From Gnetum montanum (taxonomy: Eukaryota; Plantae; Gnetophyta), in NCBI GenBank assembly GCA_015680685.1, contig MNCI01000405.1, positions 131,955-195,954 of the forward strand: DNA of 64,000 nucleotides, written 5' to 3'. The translations under genes and the position numbers were made by a program. How positions within the stretch are numbered: position 1 is the first letter of the stretch; every line of letters begins with the position of its first letter. This document shows, piece after piece, positions 49,851 to 64,000 of this stretch. Below the pieces are notes generated by a model. The model did not search any database and was not told the DNA's origin. It saw nothing but the letters and a program-made list of their open reading frames with translations.

Positions 49851-52236
49851 AACTACAAGTGATGTAAAATAAATTTTAAGAAATGAAAAATAAGTAAAAA
49901 TCATAAAACTAATAAGAAACACAAAGCTCAATTTGTAGGAAAGGGCTTGAATTCCCCTTTCCAAGGAATGAAATGCTTTTTTAAGTAAAAAAAAAAAAGA
50001 GTTTACCTCCTATGGAGGCTCAAGTGCTACATTGATGGGAGAATATAAAATATGAAATAAAAATAACAATATAATCTTAGTTTATAATTGAAATAAAGGT
50101 CTTGATGATGAGATATAACCTTTGATTGGTGTAAATATGGATGGAAATATCACTAGTATTCTTTGGTATTATTTTGGTATTAAAACAAGGGTTTTTTTAT
50201 GAATTGCACCATAGGGGAAGCTAGTGCTCTAGATACTAACAATGATATAGATGATGTTATCTAATATAATGCAGTAATGTTGATGCTATCATACACATGT
50301 ACTTTAGGTAACATAGGCAACATAATTAAGCTAGCAAACTAGAGGGGATGCTTAGGTGACAATGAAGTATGAAGGTGATGTAATGGATGTTAGTAGTAAT
50401 GTTTCAAATCTCTAAAAATTAGAAAAATTACTATGAATATTAAGAAATTAATCTATAATTAATGTTTTTGTCTAGTAATTATAAGGTTAAGATTTTAAAA
50501 TTTCACTTGCAATTATCTGCATCTAACATAGAGTTCAGCTTTAAAAACTTTAAGTTATGTTTAGGCTAACGATTACAATGTGATGTGATAATGTTGATAC
50601 CAATGTCAGCATCACATGTGTTAGTATTTGTACATATATTCTCTCTTGAACTAGAATTTTGAGATTCCAACAGCTATTTTAATTACCTAAATTAATGGAG
50701 AACATGTCTCATGATGCTAAATAAATGCTAGTGATATTACAAGATTGAAACTAATGTCAAATGATAAACTTGTAATGAATGTTAAAAAATTGACTAAGGC
50801 AAGTAATACTAACATTGATGTTAGGATTACCTAGCTACACATAGAAAAATTATCATGTTTCATTTATTATCTCATATCTCCTAGAGCTTATCTAAACTAT
50901 CAAAGTTGATTCTTGTTACCTCGTAACTAATGTAAACTTATTATTGGAGATTTGGAGGAGTAAAAACTATGACTAAAACACAAGTTTATGATGTATCATA
51001 AAAAATTAACTAAGATGGTATTAGCATCACTTGGTCAACCTTAGAAAACTTTTCTATTTCATGTCTCCCAAAGCTTATCAAAATTGATGTTTTTCATATT
51101 TGGACCAATGAAGACTCATCACCAAAAGTTTGATAGAGTTAAAATAGTAACCAAGAGATAAGTTCAGCTGAGGGGATGTACTGGTGACTAACGTAGGCGA
51201 TGTTGACACTGGTGTAGGTATCACCTCTAATACTTGAGTAATACTTAGAACTTTCATATTTATGAATCTAATAAGAGATGTATAAACATTTGCTCATATG
51301 TTCAATCATGACCTCTTTCATGTTCTCTAATATACTAGAAGTTGCTAAAACATATACTCATATGTTGGATTGTAATCTAAAAATTGTTTTTGGGGTCCAT
51401 GGGACCTTGAAAAATTAGTTATTATTATGATTTTTGGGAATTTTGATAGACAAAATGCATGTAACAATGTTGAAAGAACACTTATCCTAGTCTTCTAAAT
51501 ACTAAAAAACTAGATAGAACATTGTTGCCTCTTTACAGATGTTGCTAATGTTTTAGAAGAAGATCCATCAAGAAGAAGGTGGATGATGATTTGGTGATGT
51601 AACTACAAAGAAAAAAGGAAATAATATTAGGATAATACTAATATATTTATCATGAGGATGGTGCTATGCTATAGAAGGGGGACATGACTCAATCTTATAC
51701 ACAAGATGGCTTAAAGGATACCATTGATAATGTTTACACCTCATACCACTTACACTTTCAACATAAAATCACTAGAATAGACATTGATGTGCTAATGTAA
51801 TGAAGGAAAAGACATAAAAAAAGGAGTTAGAGGAAGAATGAAGAAACTTAAAAGAGGAGAGGTGAAATATAGAGTTGTAAAATCTAGAAAATAATATAGA
51901 AGGGAAAGAAATGAGGGACATAATATATATATCATGTTGGGATGCTATGCCATTAAATTGAGACATAACTAAATCCCATACTATAATGATTTAGATATAT
52001 TGATAAATTTTCTCCCAATCTAAATTAAGATTTAATACATCCTCACATGAAGCAAAAATGATGAAACACATTATTGTCTAAATGAAGCTGATCACTAATA
52101 GACATTGGTACCATAGTATGTTCATAGGAAAAAATATAGTAGAATCAAACAAGTAGAAGAATGATTGTGGAAAATAGAGAGAAGAAGAAAGAAAGAGGGA
52201 GGAATGGAGGAAGGAGAAGGAGAAGGAGGAGAAGGG

Positions 52237-52257
52237 GAGGAGGAGGAGGAGGAGGAG

Positions 52258-52294
<37 letters not shown>
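52237..52294 (+). repeat. Compound microsatellite (GAG)n(GA)n
   Basis: Seen directly; lies in a longer polypurine run from ~52175. Confidence 0.95.
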
Positions 52295-52296
<2 letters not shown>

Positions 52297-54749
52297 CAAG
52301 GTAGAAAAGAATCAAAAGTAATGTAATAAATTATAAGTAAGATAATAGGTAAGGTTACATAAAACCTAATGATTTTATCACTTTTTTTTTCATTTTTCCT
52401 TTCAAATATGGTACACTAAAGGGGAGGATTTTATGGATTGTTTTTAAGGATGAAATATAATATTAGTACACCTAGAACTATTGAGCCTTTTCTTTCTTTC
52501 TTAGTGCTATTTTTAATCCTTTGAACCTACATGCAACATATTTTGTATCTAGGTTTTTTATCAAGAGTTATCATATTACTTCTTTGGATGTATTACTACA
52601 ATTTATTAATAAAATTTTTAATTTTGGAGGGTCTACCATAGCAACTACATAAAATGTAGTTCCTTTTAGGAAATGCTTTGTTAATAGGATATGAATATTT
52701 ATTACCATTTGAATCTATCAAATGATATGCTTCATTTCCAAGGTTCTTGAGAATAATGAAGAAACCTTATTAGTTTGGAAAGAACTTGCATGCCGTAGTG
52801 CTAGGGAAATGTTGCAATACACAATCACCTTATTTTATTTCTCTTAGTCTAACATGATTATCATGAGGATATTGTATAGCTTCTTGAACAATTTTAATGT
52901 TAATTTCTATTTGATTATGATTTTATTCAAGGTTTTCTAGCTCAATATAACACATTTTTTCATTCTCCTCATATATCATCTAATTGTTCAAGCAAAGAAA
53001 AGGCATGTCAAACACCACTAGTAACATTACTTTGAACCCAAAAGAGAGCATAAATAAGGCTTGGAAAATTACATTTTAGAAATTGGCTTGATAGATTCAA
53101 AGGACATGGAATAGCTAGGTATTTGACTTTCATTGAGATTTATCAACCATGGTTTTGTGTAAAATAATAAATGATTTATTATTTAACTTGGCTTAATCAT
53201 TAGACTAGGGATTGTAAGGAGATGAGAATGACTAATTGATTTCATAGATATCATAGGATTTTGTAACTTCTTTACTCTTGGATTGAGTTTCATTATCAAT
53301 AATAATGTGGAGGGGAATGTCAAAGGAGTTATGATGAGATCCAAAATAAATGGTAAATATACTTGGATATTACAAATTTTAAGAGGATAACTTTAACCCA
53401 CGTGGTAAAGCACTTGATAGTTATCCAAATAAACTAATGACCAATAGAGGATTGAGAATTTATAGAACCTATGATATTCAACCATCATTTCTAGAAGGGC
53501 TATATGATTTTTAAAGTACTAAGTACTTGAGAGGGTACATAAATAAGTAAATAATGACATTAACATGGATCATAAATTTTAACTATTCTATGCATGTATC
53601 TAGATATTGTGGATCATCAATAACCTAACTAAATGGTATAAGTTATAAGTGATCTTAATTATAATTAATCATCATGTACACTTGAATGTACTAGTTCTAG
53701 AATCATTTATGCTTTATCATAACTTAGAAAGAACATTCCATGTGGAAATATGACATAAAATAGGAGGATTTATGATATAGAAATATTTAGAGAATTCATG
53801 AAGATCATTCTTTTAAGGTTAAGATAACTTTTATGATTTTTTATAATTTGCAAGTTTTACATAATGTCTCGATGTTGTTTTTCCTCATCTAATTTAACTA
53901 AGAGAATGCATTATATGTCTATGTCAGTAATAGATATATCTTATATCATGTGTGATAAATGACCTTTAAAAAAAATAGGATATGTAAGAAGAGTGAAAGT
54001 ACCTAATACATCTACAAGCATGTTTTCTAAGCAATGGATATGGATTAGAAAACGTTTTTCGAATTACAAAATGAGGTTTTTAACTAAGTTAATGTAAGGT
54101 TAAAGGTGTTTAGCTTTGCAAGCATATTCATCATTTACTTGACATATAACTAATTAAGAATTACCTGAATTAAAAGCATTTGATTACTAACTAGATTGCT
54201 AGGAGGATACGTTGATTGAGAACCCCATATTCAACAACGTTATTTGTGAATGGAAAATCATACAATAAGGTTTATATATAGGATATATACCTTTATGATG
54301 AAGGACAGAAGCCATACTAGATCCAAGAGTTGTATAAAATATATTTAAATATAAATGTAAATTGAAGTCTTTATCACTATTGATGTATAAATGTGAATTG
54401 AAGATTGCATATGTTAATTTTATCTTTGGAAGAGAAATGATTTCATTCTTACATGATTTTTCAAGAAGATATTAAATGGTTATAATTGAAGGATATAATA
54501 ATGAAGTGTATATGAGAAGGTCTACTATCACTTGGTTCTTGATGGAATATTGGGAAAAGGTAGGATAGTTAAAACTTAGTAATATGTATTTTTAATTTTA
54601 CGATATGATAGATATCATAGAGGTTCAAAGCTATGATTTGTAAGATATAGTCAAATCATATGACATGAACCTTTATTCTTAATAAGTAGTGTCTTCATTT
54701 TTTGAAAGTAAAAATAAGACATAAATAAGTTTTTTTTTTATCTGTGTAT

Positions 54750-57700
54750 GATAAGACTAGAATTAATGGTTTTTTTTCATACTTCTCATCATTAGTTTTT
54801 TACTTTTGGCAAGTACACTATAAGTATGATATAAGTTAATAGACATTACGGGCTATAGTCTACAATCTCATGTAAGCTAAAAGAATTCACATCTAGCTAC
54901 TTGAACTAAAAAATAACTTTGGATGAATAAAAAACATCTCATCTTTTATAATCAATGTCTAGAAGTAGACTTGTAAACTACAAGAATATCTAGAGATCCC
55001 CATGGATTCTTATTCAAACAAGAAATTAGACTGAAGAATTTAAACAGGAAATTAAACTAAAGAATAACCTAGAAGTTGAGATTTCAAGGACTAATTTAAA
55101 TAAGAGAATTTTTAAATGATCGCTAAGCTACATGAAAAAACATTTTCATTGTTTGGGTACTATCTGCATCCATCTGCAACTTGTGACTACATCTACAACC
55201 TTTTAGTAGGAGTTTTTAAATAGAATCATGAATTTTACTAATGCAACATGATGTAATTCATAGCTAGCTCACAACTCAAATTTTATTATTTAATTAAAAT
55301 GTTTTAATCATTTTTTATACTTATGAGTAACTATGAGTAATAATGATGTGTAGTTGCTAATCTACTTCATGAGATAGTTAGCTAAGCGTAACTACAAGGA
55401 ATAGACTATTATAGCTTTAGATTGTAGGTAGCTAGAAGATATAGACTATCATAGCTTCAAAATATTCATGATTATGAGTCATAACAACTCATAGACAATC
55501 AAAAAGATAAATGGTTCAATTCTATTTCAAAAAATTTTGAGTATGAAAAGAGATAAAATGAACAAAATAGAGAAAGATGTGGGATATATGAATTGAAAAA
55601 TAGGTAGAGAAGAATATATGTTTAGAATTGTATATTGAGAATTAATAGAGTAAGCTTTATTATTTCTTTAATCCTTCTTAATGATGGTTATTTACCGTTT
55701 ATCTTTTGACTATAAGTTTCACTTTTTCATTCCTTTGTAACCATAGGTTAATTTCATAATTGTACCACCATGCTACACATTATGAAATAACTAAATATTT
55801 TGTACAATTTAGGTTGATGGTTGAAGTTTAAGTGATTCATATCTATTGTGATGTCCATTTCTAATATTCTTCATGTTTCTAACTCTTTATGTAAGTGTTT
55901 TATTTGTTTGATAGTTCACACGATTGGTTTAATTTAGTATTATTTTCAATGATTGTATTTTTTAAGGATTGTATGCCCCATTAACTTTGAGGATAAAGCT
56001 TAAACTTGTTAGGAGTAGTAATTCTCTAGGTTGGTTACTTTTGTTTCCTACCCTTTATTTTAATTTTAATGTTGATTGTAACTTTGTTGTTTATGCATTT
56101 TTGTGCACTAAATTTTTTAAAAAATTCATTTTTATACTAATATTGTTGTGAGCTGCTTAGACTCCATAGGGTACCCTTAGGTACTATGTGAGACATTTAA
56201 GTGTGTAATCAATAGGATTATCAGTCATCCTTGAAGGAGAAGCTTCAGTTGTGATGCAATGAGAAGGCTAGGGAATAGTAGGAGCATGAACTATAGAGAT
56301 CATGTGAGGAGAAAAACAAGAGAAGGAGAAATTTAGACATGTTTCAATTCAAGCATCATGGAACTTTTAAACTCTTCTCTAGCTAATATTTCCTAACAAG
56401 TTCACAAAGTTATAGGAGAGTAACCCTAAGTTCTTGATCATTGATTACCAAGCCTTTTATGAGCTAGAGGTACTTGACTCCTATGTTACATTTAGACTAT
56501 CATTTTCATCCTCATGGATTGTATAGATGAGTAAGTATTTAGACACCCTTACTAAGTAGCATCTTACAGTTGATTTGGCCTTGGTAGTAGGTCAATGTTA
56601 GAACCCCTTCCACATGGTATAACTAGAGGCCAAGATTCTTGTGATAGCATGCATTATAGAAGTGGAAATGGATGGGATAGGATGACCATATAAGCACTTA
56701 TTTCCACCTAGCAGAGTTCTTACAATGATAATACACACCAAAATCCTAGGTGTATTACATTTCACCTATTTCATGTCTTTTAGGCTCACAATTTTACTAG
56801 ACCTTTAGGAGTAGTGTTAGTTCAACTACCCCTAGATATTCTTATGGTGAATGTAGCTAGCAATAATAGATGAGGCTAGTATGCCTTTTTCCTTAATGAT
56901 TTCTAGTTTGATGTATCATCTTAAGATTCTAATATTTAATGGTGAATGCTATACAAATGTAACAAAGTTTGAAGAGGATCATCTATTAAATTTTTATTGT
57001 TCATTTTACACCCAACAAGTGATACTGAGTAGGATCTCTAATATCATATGGATTCTAGATTCACATGTTCCAAGAGATGGTGAGAATGTCAAAAACGATC
57101 AGTGCTATGCAAAGCACTTTTAGCTACAATAGAATTAGTAGAAGTAAACATTATCCATTGGCACTTTATTAGTGAATCTATCATGATTAAAAGACATGGA
57201 TGAGTTCATCAATATCAAGTTTTATAGGATTGAGCATCATTAGGTAAGGTTGGTGATGAGCCAAGAAAAAATAATCTCATTCATGTATCACATCTTCTAT
57301 TTCTTTAGATAGCAAGAGGTGGATTTTAATGAGTACAAAGATTCTATTTAAAATCCCTTTACTTTTTTGATCCTAGAGAGTGCTCCAATAAATGATGACA
57401 TTGGACCCTCAAAGTTTACATATCAAGTAGATGATGTATTTGTCAAGGAGGATCTAGTAGGATCTCATTCTTGCAAGGAAACTAGTGATGTTGTTCCCTT
57501 AGATTTAGGTCCTTTAGCTTAAGATCATTCTTTATTTTCATTTCTCTCATTTCTTCCTTTCCTCTTATGTATTTGATGTAGATGTGTATTTTTGTTATTA
57601 TCATATATAGTTATTTTAAATTCATTACTTATACATATTTCTATGAAATTAATTCATCTACATACTCTTGAATACATTTTTTGGGATAATAAAAAAGTAG

Positions 57701-58722
57701 TTGGATGCTATCTTAAGACTAGAATTAATGTTTATTTATGTCATATTTCTCATCATTATTTTTTAACTTTTTGTATGTAAACTACGAGGGAGTTGCGAGT
57801 TGATAGATATTGGATACTATATCCTGTGATCTTATGTGAGCCACAAGGATATGTAGTGAGCACTAGAACTACAGAAGCACTTATGATGAACCAAAAACAT
57901 TTTTTGTTTTATAATCAAGGGTTATAAGTAGACCTATAAGGCATAGAAATATCTAGATATCCCCATGGATACTAGTTCAGCTATAAATTCAACTTGGAAA
58001 AGAACTAAGGAGATGAGATGTGAAGAACAAAGTCAAATGACGGAATTATTAGATTGTGATCAAGATATGTATTGCAACCTTCCACAATCTTTGTCTTGGA
58101 CCTTCCATGAAATCTATAGCCATCCACAACTTGTGAATATGTTCATAACCTTAGGGAATTTTTATATAGAACCCTAAATTTTACTACCATGAATTCATGT
58201 GAGTCATAGATAGCCCATAACCTAAATTTGACTATAAAAACTTGAATACTTTTGTTGTCTCTCTTACTTGTAAGCAAATGTGAGTCACAATGATATGTTA
58301 TTACAAATATACTTCATTAAAATATGAGCTACAAATGAGTGTAGGTTGTAGACTATTTTAGCTACAAACTATGGAAAACTATGAGTTACAGTGACTTATA
58401 GAAGCATAAGAATATAAATGGTTTAATTTATTTTCAATAGCTTTTAAGTGAAGAAAAGAAAGTGAAACAAGTAAAATAAAGAAAGATGGAGGAGATAAGA
58501 GTTAAAGAAACAAAAGAAGAAAAATAGAATAGACAATTAGGTAAATTTGTGATAGTGTTTTGAAAATTAATAACAATAAGTTTCGTTATTTCTTGAATCT
58601 TTATTAATATCGTTGATTTACTCTTACTATTCCTATTATAATCTATGATTTTCCATTACTCTACAATCCCAGGGTAATTGCATGATGGTACCACCTTCCT
58701 AGGCATTATGAAATTATCAAAT
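54750..58722. repeat. Old ~1-kb direct repeat pair (54750-55795 and 57713-58722), possibly LTRs of a degenerate element
   Basis: Colinear anchors TAAGACTAGAATTAATG, TTCTCATCATTA, ATATCTAGA.ATCCCCATGGAT, ATAAATGGTT.AATT and CATTATGAAAT in both copies. Confidence 0.7.
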
Positions 58723-60559
58723 TGTGTATTATGTTTCATAGTTAGAAAATGGAGGATAGATATAGTAAAGAGAAAGATATACACCAGCATTCTACCATTG
58801 GCAAAGCATGGTTGCAATAGAGTGATTATATTTAAAGAGGTGAAGGGCTAGAAGATTAGTAAGAGTATGTTCGATTACATTAAATGGCTCTTGATAATTC
58901 CAGTTCTAGTTGAAAGTAGTTGATTTTTAAGAAAGGTAAGATATAAGATGAAATTAATGAGTGAGGTTATAGATGAAGTAGTGAATTAGTTGGAATTAAG
59001 CTTGGAGGATATGCATGGCTTTAAGACACTTAGGTGGTAAAAGATTCAAGATTGCTTTGACTTTTTTAGAATCTAGTATGATACCATTGATGGAAATCAT
59101 GAATCCTATTAGTTTGCTTGTTTCTATGATATATATATATATATATGGATTTAAGTTGAGGTTGTATAGATTGCATCAAGATAAAACTATGTTAAGATCA
59201 GTGGAATGACTAGATACTATGATAGTTTTAATGATTAGATACTCCATAGAATAATTGATGATTTTAAACATCATATCACTAAATATAAATGTCATGGCTT
59301 ATTGATATGCTGCCTAGCATTCTTAATTTCAAAAGTCATATTCTAATATTAAAATATTTCTCATGTGGTTATGAAAGTTGTAAAACAATGATGCTTAGGA
59401 TGAATTTATATTTTGTTGTAATGTAAAATATCATACATGAAGAAAAGAAAGATAAGAATCACCATTATTTCTATTAGTTGATCTATGTTGGGTATAGAAA
59501 GTCATCTTTAAATGTTGTCTTTTAAAATCATTAAAATCCATTCATATCATTATGGATCCATTTTTCTTGGAATACTCTATCCAAATAGTCTATAGGGTGT
59601 ATGGAGTCTACATTGTAGAGTTTAGTGATCTTCTTGATGACCAAGGCTAAATAAGGTCTAATTTTTTCTAGCTTTCTTGTTAATAGGTTTGGAATCCTTT
59701 CTAAGGATGATGTTGTGTTAGACTAGGAATGGGTCTAGATATGACATATCATGATATTACTAGGTAAAGGTGTTAGAAGTTTTCTTTAGTGTGGTCAAAA
59801 TTGAATCTTTAAGGGTTATGGAAAAGGTCATCCTTCTTTTTAAGGTGTTTTTCTCATTTTTGTGATTAGTTATGATGAGTTTAGCAAGGGGATCATTGGT
59901 TAAGACTAGCTCACGATCTAGGAAGATAAGGTTAGCCTAGGGAACTAAGTACTATTTAGTGATATCAAGGGATGACACTAATAACTCTAGAAGATTAAGT
60001 AAGGATAAGTCACTTAATTCGTGATTTAGTACCATAGTGATTTGTCCATGGGGCACAAACAAAGCATGTAGTTCATGTAACAAGTTGATGATGATGTGAT
60101 CCACAACCTACAAGGGAGAAAGGTAAGGTCATAATTACACAAAGAAAAGCAAAAATGTGTAGTTTTAAAACTAAAGTGGTCAATATTATCTATGTTTAAT
60201 AACTTAAATAATAAAAATTTATCATTTTAGATAATATCTATAGCTTTTATGGAGGCTAAGGATAGACAAAAATATTAAGGGGAAGCATTTGGTGGTCCGG
60301 AGTTTGAAACACCTTAATTCTAGAGCTTAATTTTAGGATTTTGAATCATGATCCACCACGCCGTACATAATGTGCATGCCAATTACCACCCACGCGCTGC
60401 AAACAGCAGCAACAGGAAAGAGTAATGCCGGCACCGAGGGCCACTAGCAAAACACATGTAGACATTATCCAGCGCGGGAGGGAACAGAGCCAACGTTACG
60501 GTGCAGGAATGACGCAACCACTGCTACCACGACGCACAGAAAACGGTAGCTCCCATCAA

Positions 60560-61183
60560 TGCAATGTTTTCTGACGTTAGTGCCCACATGCAGGGAGCTT
60601 CCAATAATCTTTGAGAACTTATCGTTTTCCCTATCATTCGACAAAACCATGTATTCTAAATATGCAGAATTCCAAGTTGGAGGTAAATGACCGCTAGGGT
60701 TAAGCCCGGAGAAATTCATTCCAGAAACCCGTGTCTTAGACATCGTATACGCTCCCATACGAATCCGTAACAAGGATCAGATTTCCATGTTGTACAGTTG
60801 AAGCCAAACGTCTTGTTGAATTCTTTCAGAACATTCACATCGCCTGGGTTGGTCAAGGGATATGATTGCATAATATGATAAATGTCGTAAGCATTGAGGA
60901 TTACATATGTATCAGCCCAAGCTGGAGTGAAAGTTGCATTATAATTCTTGAGCTTTCTTTTTGGTATCAAGGCAACTTCTGCAGCAGTGTATATATCTCC
61001 TATGCTAACATTCACATTCACATCCTCCATAAAAACATTAAAACTGGATAATGTCTTGACCTTCCAAAAATGAGCGAAGTGGTAAAAGGACAATGTTGGC
61101 TGGTGTTCAAAGAACCTGAGAAAGCTAACGATCCAACTGTTGTTTAAGAGCAGGCTTGTTTCTGCTGATAATACTTGAGCGGG
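60560..61183 (-). pseudogene. Malectin-like / LRR receptor-like kinase (LRR-I type) ectodomain fragment
   Basis: YHFAHF..SFNV..ILNAYDIY..TNPGDVNVLKEF..WKSDPC..WERIRC, a frameshift at ~60740, then RVSGMNFSGLNPSGHLP (first LRR); no N-terminus or kinase nearby. Confidence 0.85.
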
Positions 61184-62657
61184 TCACAGGCTTCCAGCGA
61201 CCTAATTCCTTTTAATTCACAGGCGCTCATTCATGGGTTTCTATTCATTCTTAAACGTGAATAGCAAAACATTCTTAGTTCAAGTTCCATTGTCATGGTA
61301 CTACATGACCCAAAAGCATTTAACATTAATATTTAATAATTCAAAGGTTAAATAATATTTCTAAGAAGCACCCCAATGTCTTATGCAATTGGTTTAAAAG
61401 AGAGGATGACCGTGACATTGTGAGACCCTATCATAGTAGTTAAACATATCAATCATGGCCCCATGCTAGCATGGGAGAGTTAGCATCAACACATTCATTG
61501 CAAGTTTAGCAATAGAACTCAACAAAATATAGCAAGGTTAGTCCTAGAAAATTACATAATGATACATGATAGCATATCATCAAGGAGGTGTAACTTAGTT
61601 CCGATTTGTGGTTTGCATCATGGTTTTATGCATTGTCTTGCATTTGGTCATGGTTAAATAAAGTTTGTAGTCACAAATCAATATTCTACATACTAGAACT
61701 TGTTGATGCATAAATTTTGGTCGCACCAACACCTGGGGAAAAACTCGTTTGAGGAGACTACTGCCTAAGGTGCCTCCCGTATGGGTACAAAAACCTAGGA
61801 ATAGTCTCAACTAAAGAGAGGTACGTGACCTTTTAAAAATAGTAAAAAAAATGAGAATCTTATTTTGAATGAGTGTCTCGAATTCAAGAATACAAAAGGT
61901 AACCAAAATAAATTTTCCCTACTTCCCAGCTACTACTGTCATTTGCTGTCGGTCCATTGTGGATGCTGTCACAACCAATACTACCTATAGCAGCCGGAAA
62001 AGAAAGAGATAGAGAAGATGTTGGATGAAAGGGCCATTGATGCATCTCTAATGCATAGACAGAACTTGCCCCATCGCCAGCATGAGAGGATGAAATTTGT
62101 CCTTGTTTGGAGAACTCTACCATAGATGCACTACCCTCTAAAAATAGAATGGAACTGTAGAACCCATGCCTACAACTGCTACTGTCTACTACTATAACAC
62201 CGCAGTAGAGAGAGAGAACAAGCCACCAAATCCTACTATCATGTGCTGGTAGATATGTTGCTGTCTCCAATCCTACGTTTCCCACCATCAAGGGTCTACA
62301 GTGAAAAGGGAAAAGAAAATCGTTGCCTCTTGGTTTCCTACTGAGATTGTTAACTACCATCCATGCAACTCTACCACTACTGACTATCACCAGTCCGTTG
62401 CCAAGAATAAAGAAATAGGATTGCAGAACCCACCTACCACACCCATTGTTTGTGCATGTTATTTGCGCCACTATCGCCCCAAGAAAAATAGGAAACGAGA
62501 GAGAAAAAAAACTACCATATGTTAGTTTCTAAGCCCTTGGAGACCCCCCTTCCCATCTATGTGCACCTCAATGGAGAAAGATGCAGCTTGGAAAGAGAGC
62601 CTGATTTGTTAACATCGTCTTTGTTCTCTACTTTATAGCCATCTGCTAGTGATGTTT

Positions 62658-62777
62658 CACCTCCCTACACATTGATCCACCTCCCCGCACATTGATTCAC
62701 CTTCTCACATATTAGTGCACCTCCTCATATGTTAGTTCACCTTCCCACACGTTGGTTCACCTTCCCACATGTCAACA
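62658..62777 (+). repeat. ~20-bp tandem repeat, ~6 copies
   Basis: CACCTYCYYRCAYRTTRRTY units. Confidence 0.85.
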
Positions 62778-63951
62778 TTGCTTAGTAAAATAGTATATGA
62801 TTTTACGGATATGATTTTACGGATAGTTTTGTTGATCATGGCCCCATGTGATAGCATGGGCAAGGTTGGGCACAACATAACCATTTACAGCATGTCAATA
62901 ATTTGGACATGAATCATGGAATACAATTCACAATAATAAGACGAGCAAATAACTATCATAGGTGATATAGAAAATCACAAATTTTTGAGGGAGTTAAAAG
63001 TAAACAAGAAGTAGAGTGGTTGGCATTAAAAGGCCAAAAAAAGATCTGACATGTAGAATTAGATTTAGAGTAGCAAATAAAGATTAGGGATGAGTTGGCA
63101 CCATTTGTGTGATTATTTCAGTATTTTGCACTCCATCCAATTAGACTTGCTTGCTCCTTTTCTTTTTCTAAATTATTATTATTTTAAATTTTGTTGTGTT
63201 TGTGCAAAGCAAGTATTAAATGTGGTTTGAAAAATAGGGTATTATTTCATGGCCAATATTTTTTTAAAAAATATTTTTTAAATTCTTTGCCAGTTAGTAG
63301 TACAATGGTAAGCTTATGCCTTGCATCTAAGTTCTTACATTTACTTCTACTTTCTTGGATCTATTAGGGAAAGAAAAACAAGGAATTTTTTTCTTATAAC
63401 TTAGTGGCACCCATTGAAATTGAACTTAAGTTTTCTTGGATTTATTGTGACCACACTAATTTCAAAATTTCTTTTATGGACATTTGTTTTTCCATAACTT
63501 AACATGGTGTACTAGAATTTGAACTCATGACTTATGTTAACTTGCTAAGATTCTTATCGCTAAGGTAACAAGCTATAAGTTTGCTGGTGAGAAGTATCTC
63601 AAGTGATCAACTTCAATTCATCAGTATCATCATCATCATTATAGCATTATTTGAAAAAAATGGAGTAGTTAATACATTGTAAGTATGACCCTTTTGCTTG
63701 TGCTAAGACACTTGAGTTGGAAGCTCCAAGTCATGGATTTGATTCCGATGGGTAATGCTGAGTTATATAAAGTTCTTATTAATCTTACGATTTTGTATGA
63801 TGCATAATGCTTTGTTTTAAAAAAGCATCAGGATTAATGAATTTATGTTATAAAGATGCATCTACTAAGGTGAATGTTGGATGTGACAAGAAAAGATCTT
63901 ATCAACAACTTTCTCTCTTTCTTTGAAGAATGCTTAACCCACTTCGATGAT

Positions 63952-63992
63952 GATATCGCATCCCATGCGATATCGCATACGCGATATCGCAT
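63952..63992. repeat. Three GATATCGC palindromic motifs
   Basis: Includes the perfect 14-bp palindrome ATGCGATATCGCAT at 63965-63978. Confidence 0.85.
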
Positions 63993-64000
63993 CTTCCCCT

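Noticed and set aside
53000-60060. Further Gypsy RT/protease relics (~53000-53900 plus; ~58750-60060 minus)
   Set aside because: Only faint motif traces; too decayed to give defensible boundaries or family calls.
61884-62471. 195-aa minus ORF as a host gene
   Set aside because: Non-ATG start, no domain-like motifs or splice support; flanked by repeats.

Overview
AT-rich, CpG-depleted plant heterochromatin made almost entirely of nested, decayed LTR retrotransposons; I found no intact host gene. The best-preserved object is an 18.1-kb Ty3/Gypsy Tat/Ogre-type element (25527-43614) with ~1.6-kb LTRs, a perfect ATCAT target-site duplication, a tRNA-Asn-type PBS, a PPT and gag-PR...RT-RH-aRH-INT. 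Its pol is split between PR and RT by a ~5.9-kb segment ending in a phase-0 splice acceptor. On the opposite strand this segment holds a complete-looking, now pseudogenised 8-exon gene with its own TATA, frame-preserving GT-AG introns and an AATAAA. It encodes ~1,060 aa: an FCP1/NIF (HAD) phosphatase-like domain without the catalytic DxD, a PMD/Transposase_32-like domain and an acidic/coiled-coil tail. Also present are a gag-only SIRE-like Copia element (12816-18872) inserted in the protease of an Athila-like relic, Copia and Tekay pol relics, several repeat arrays, and an intronless malectin-like/LRR receptor-kinase fragment (~60560-61183, minus). All domain calls are motif recognition by eye, not database searches.
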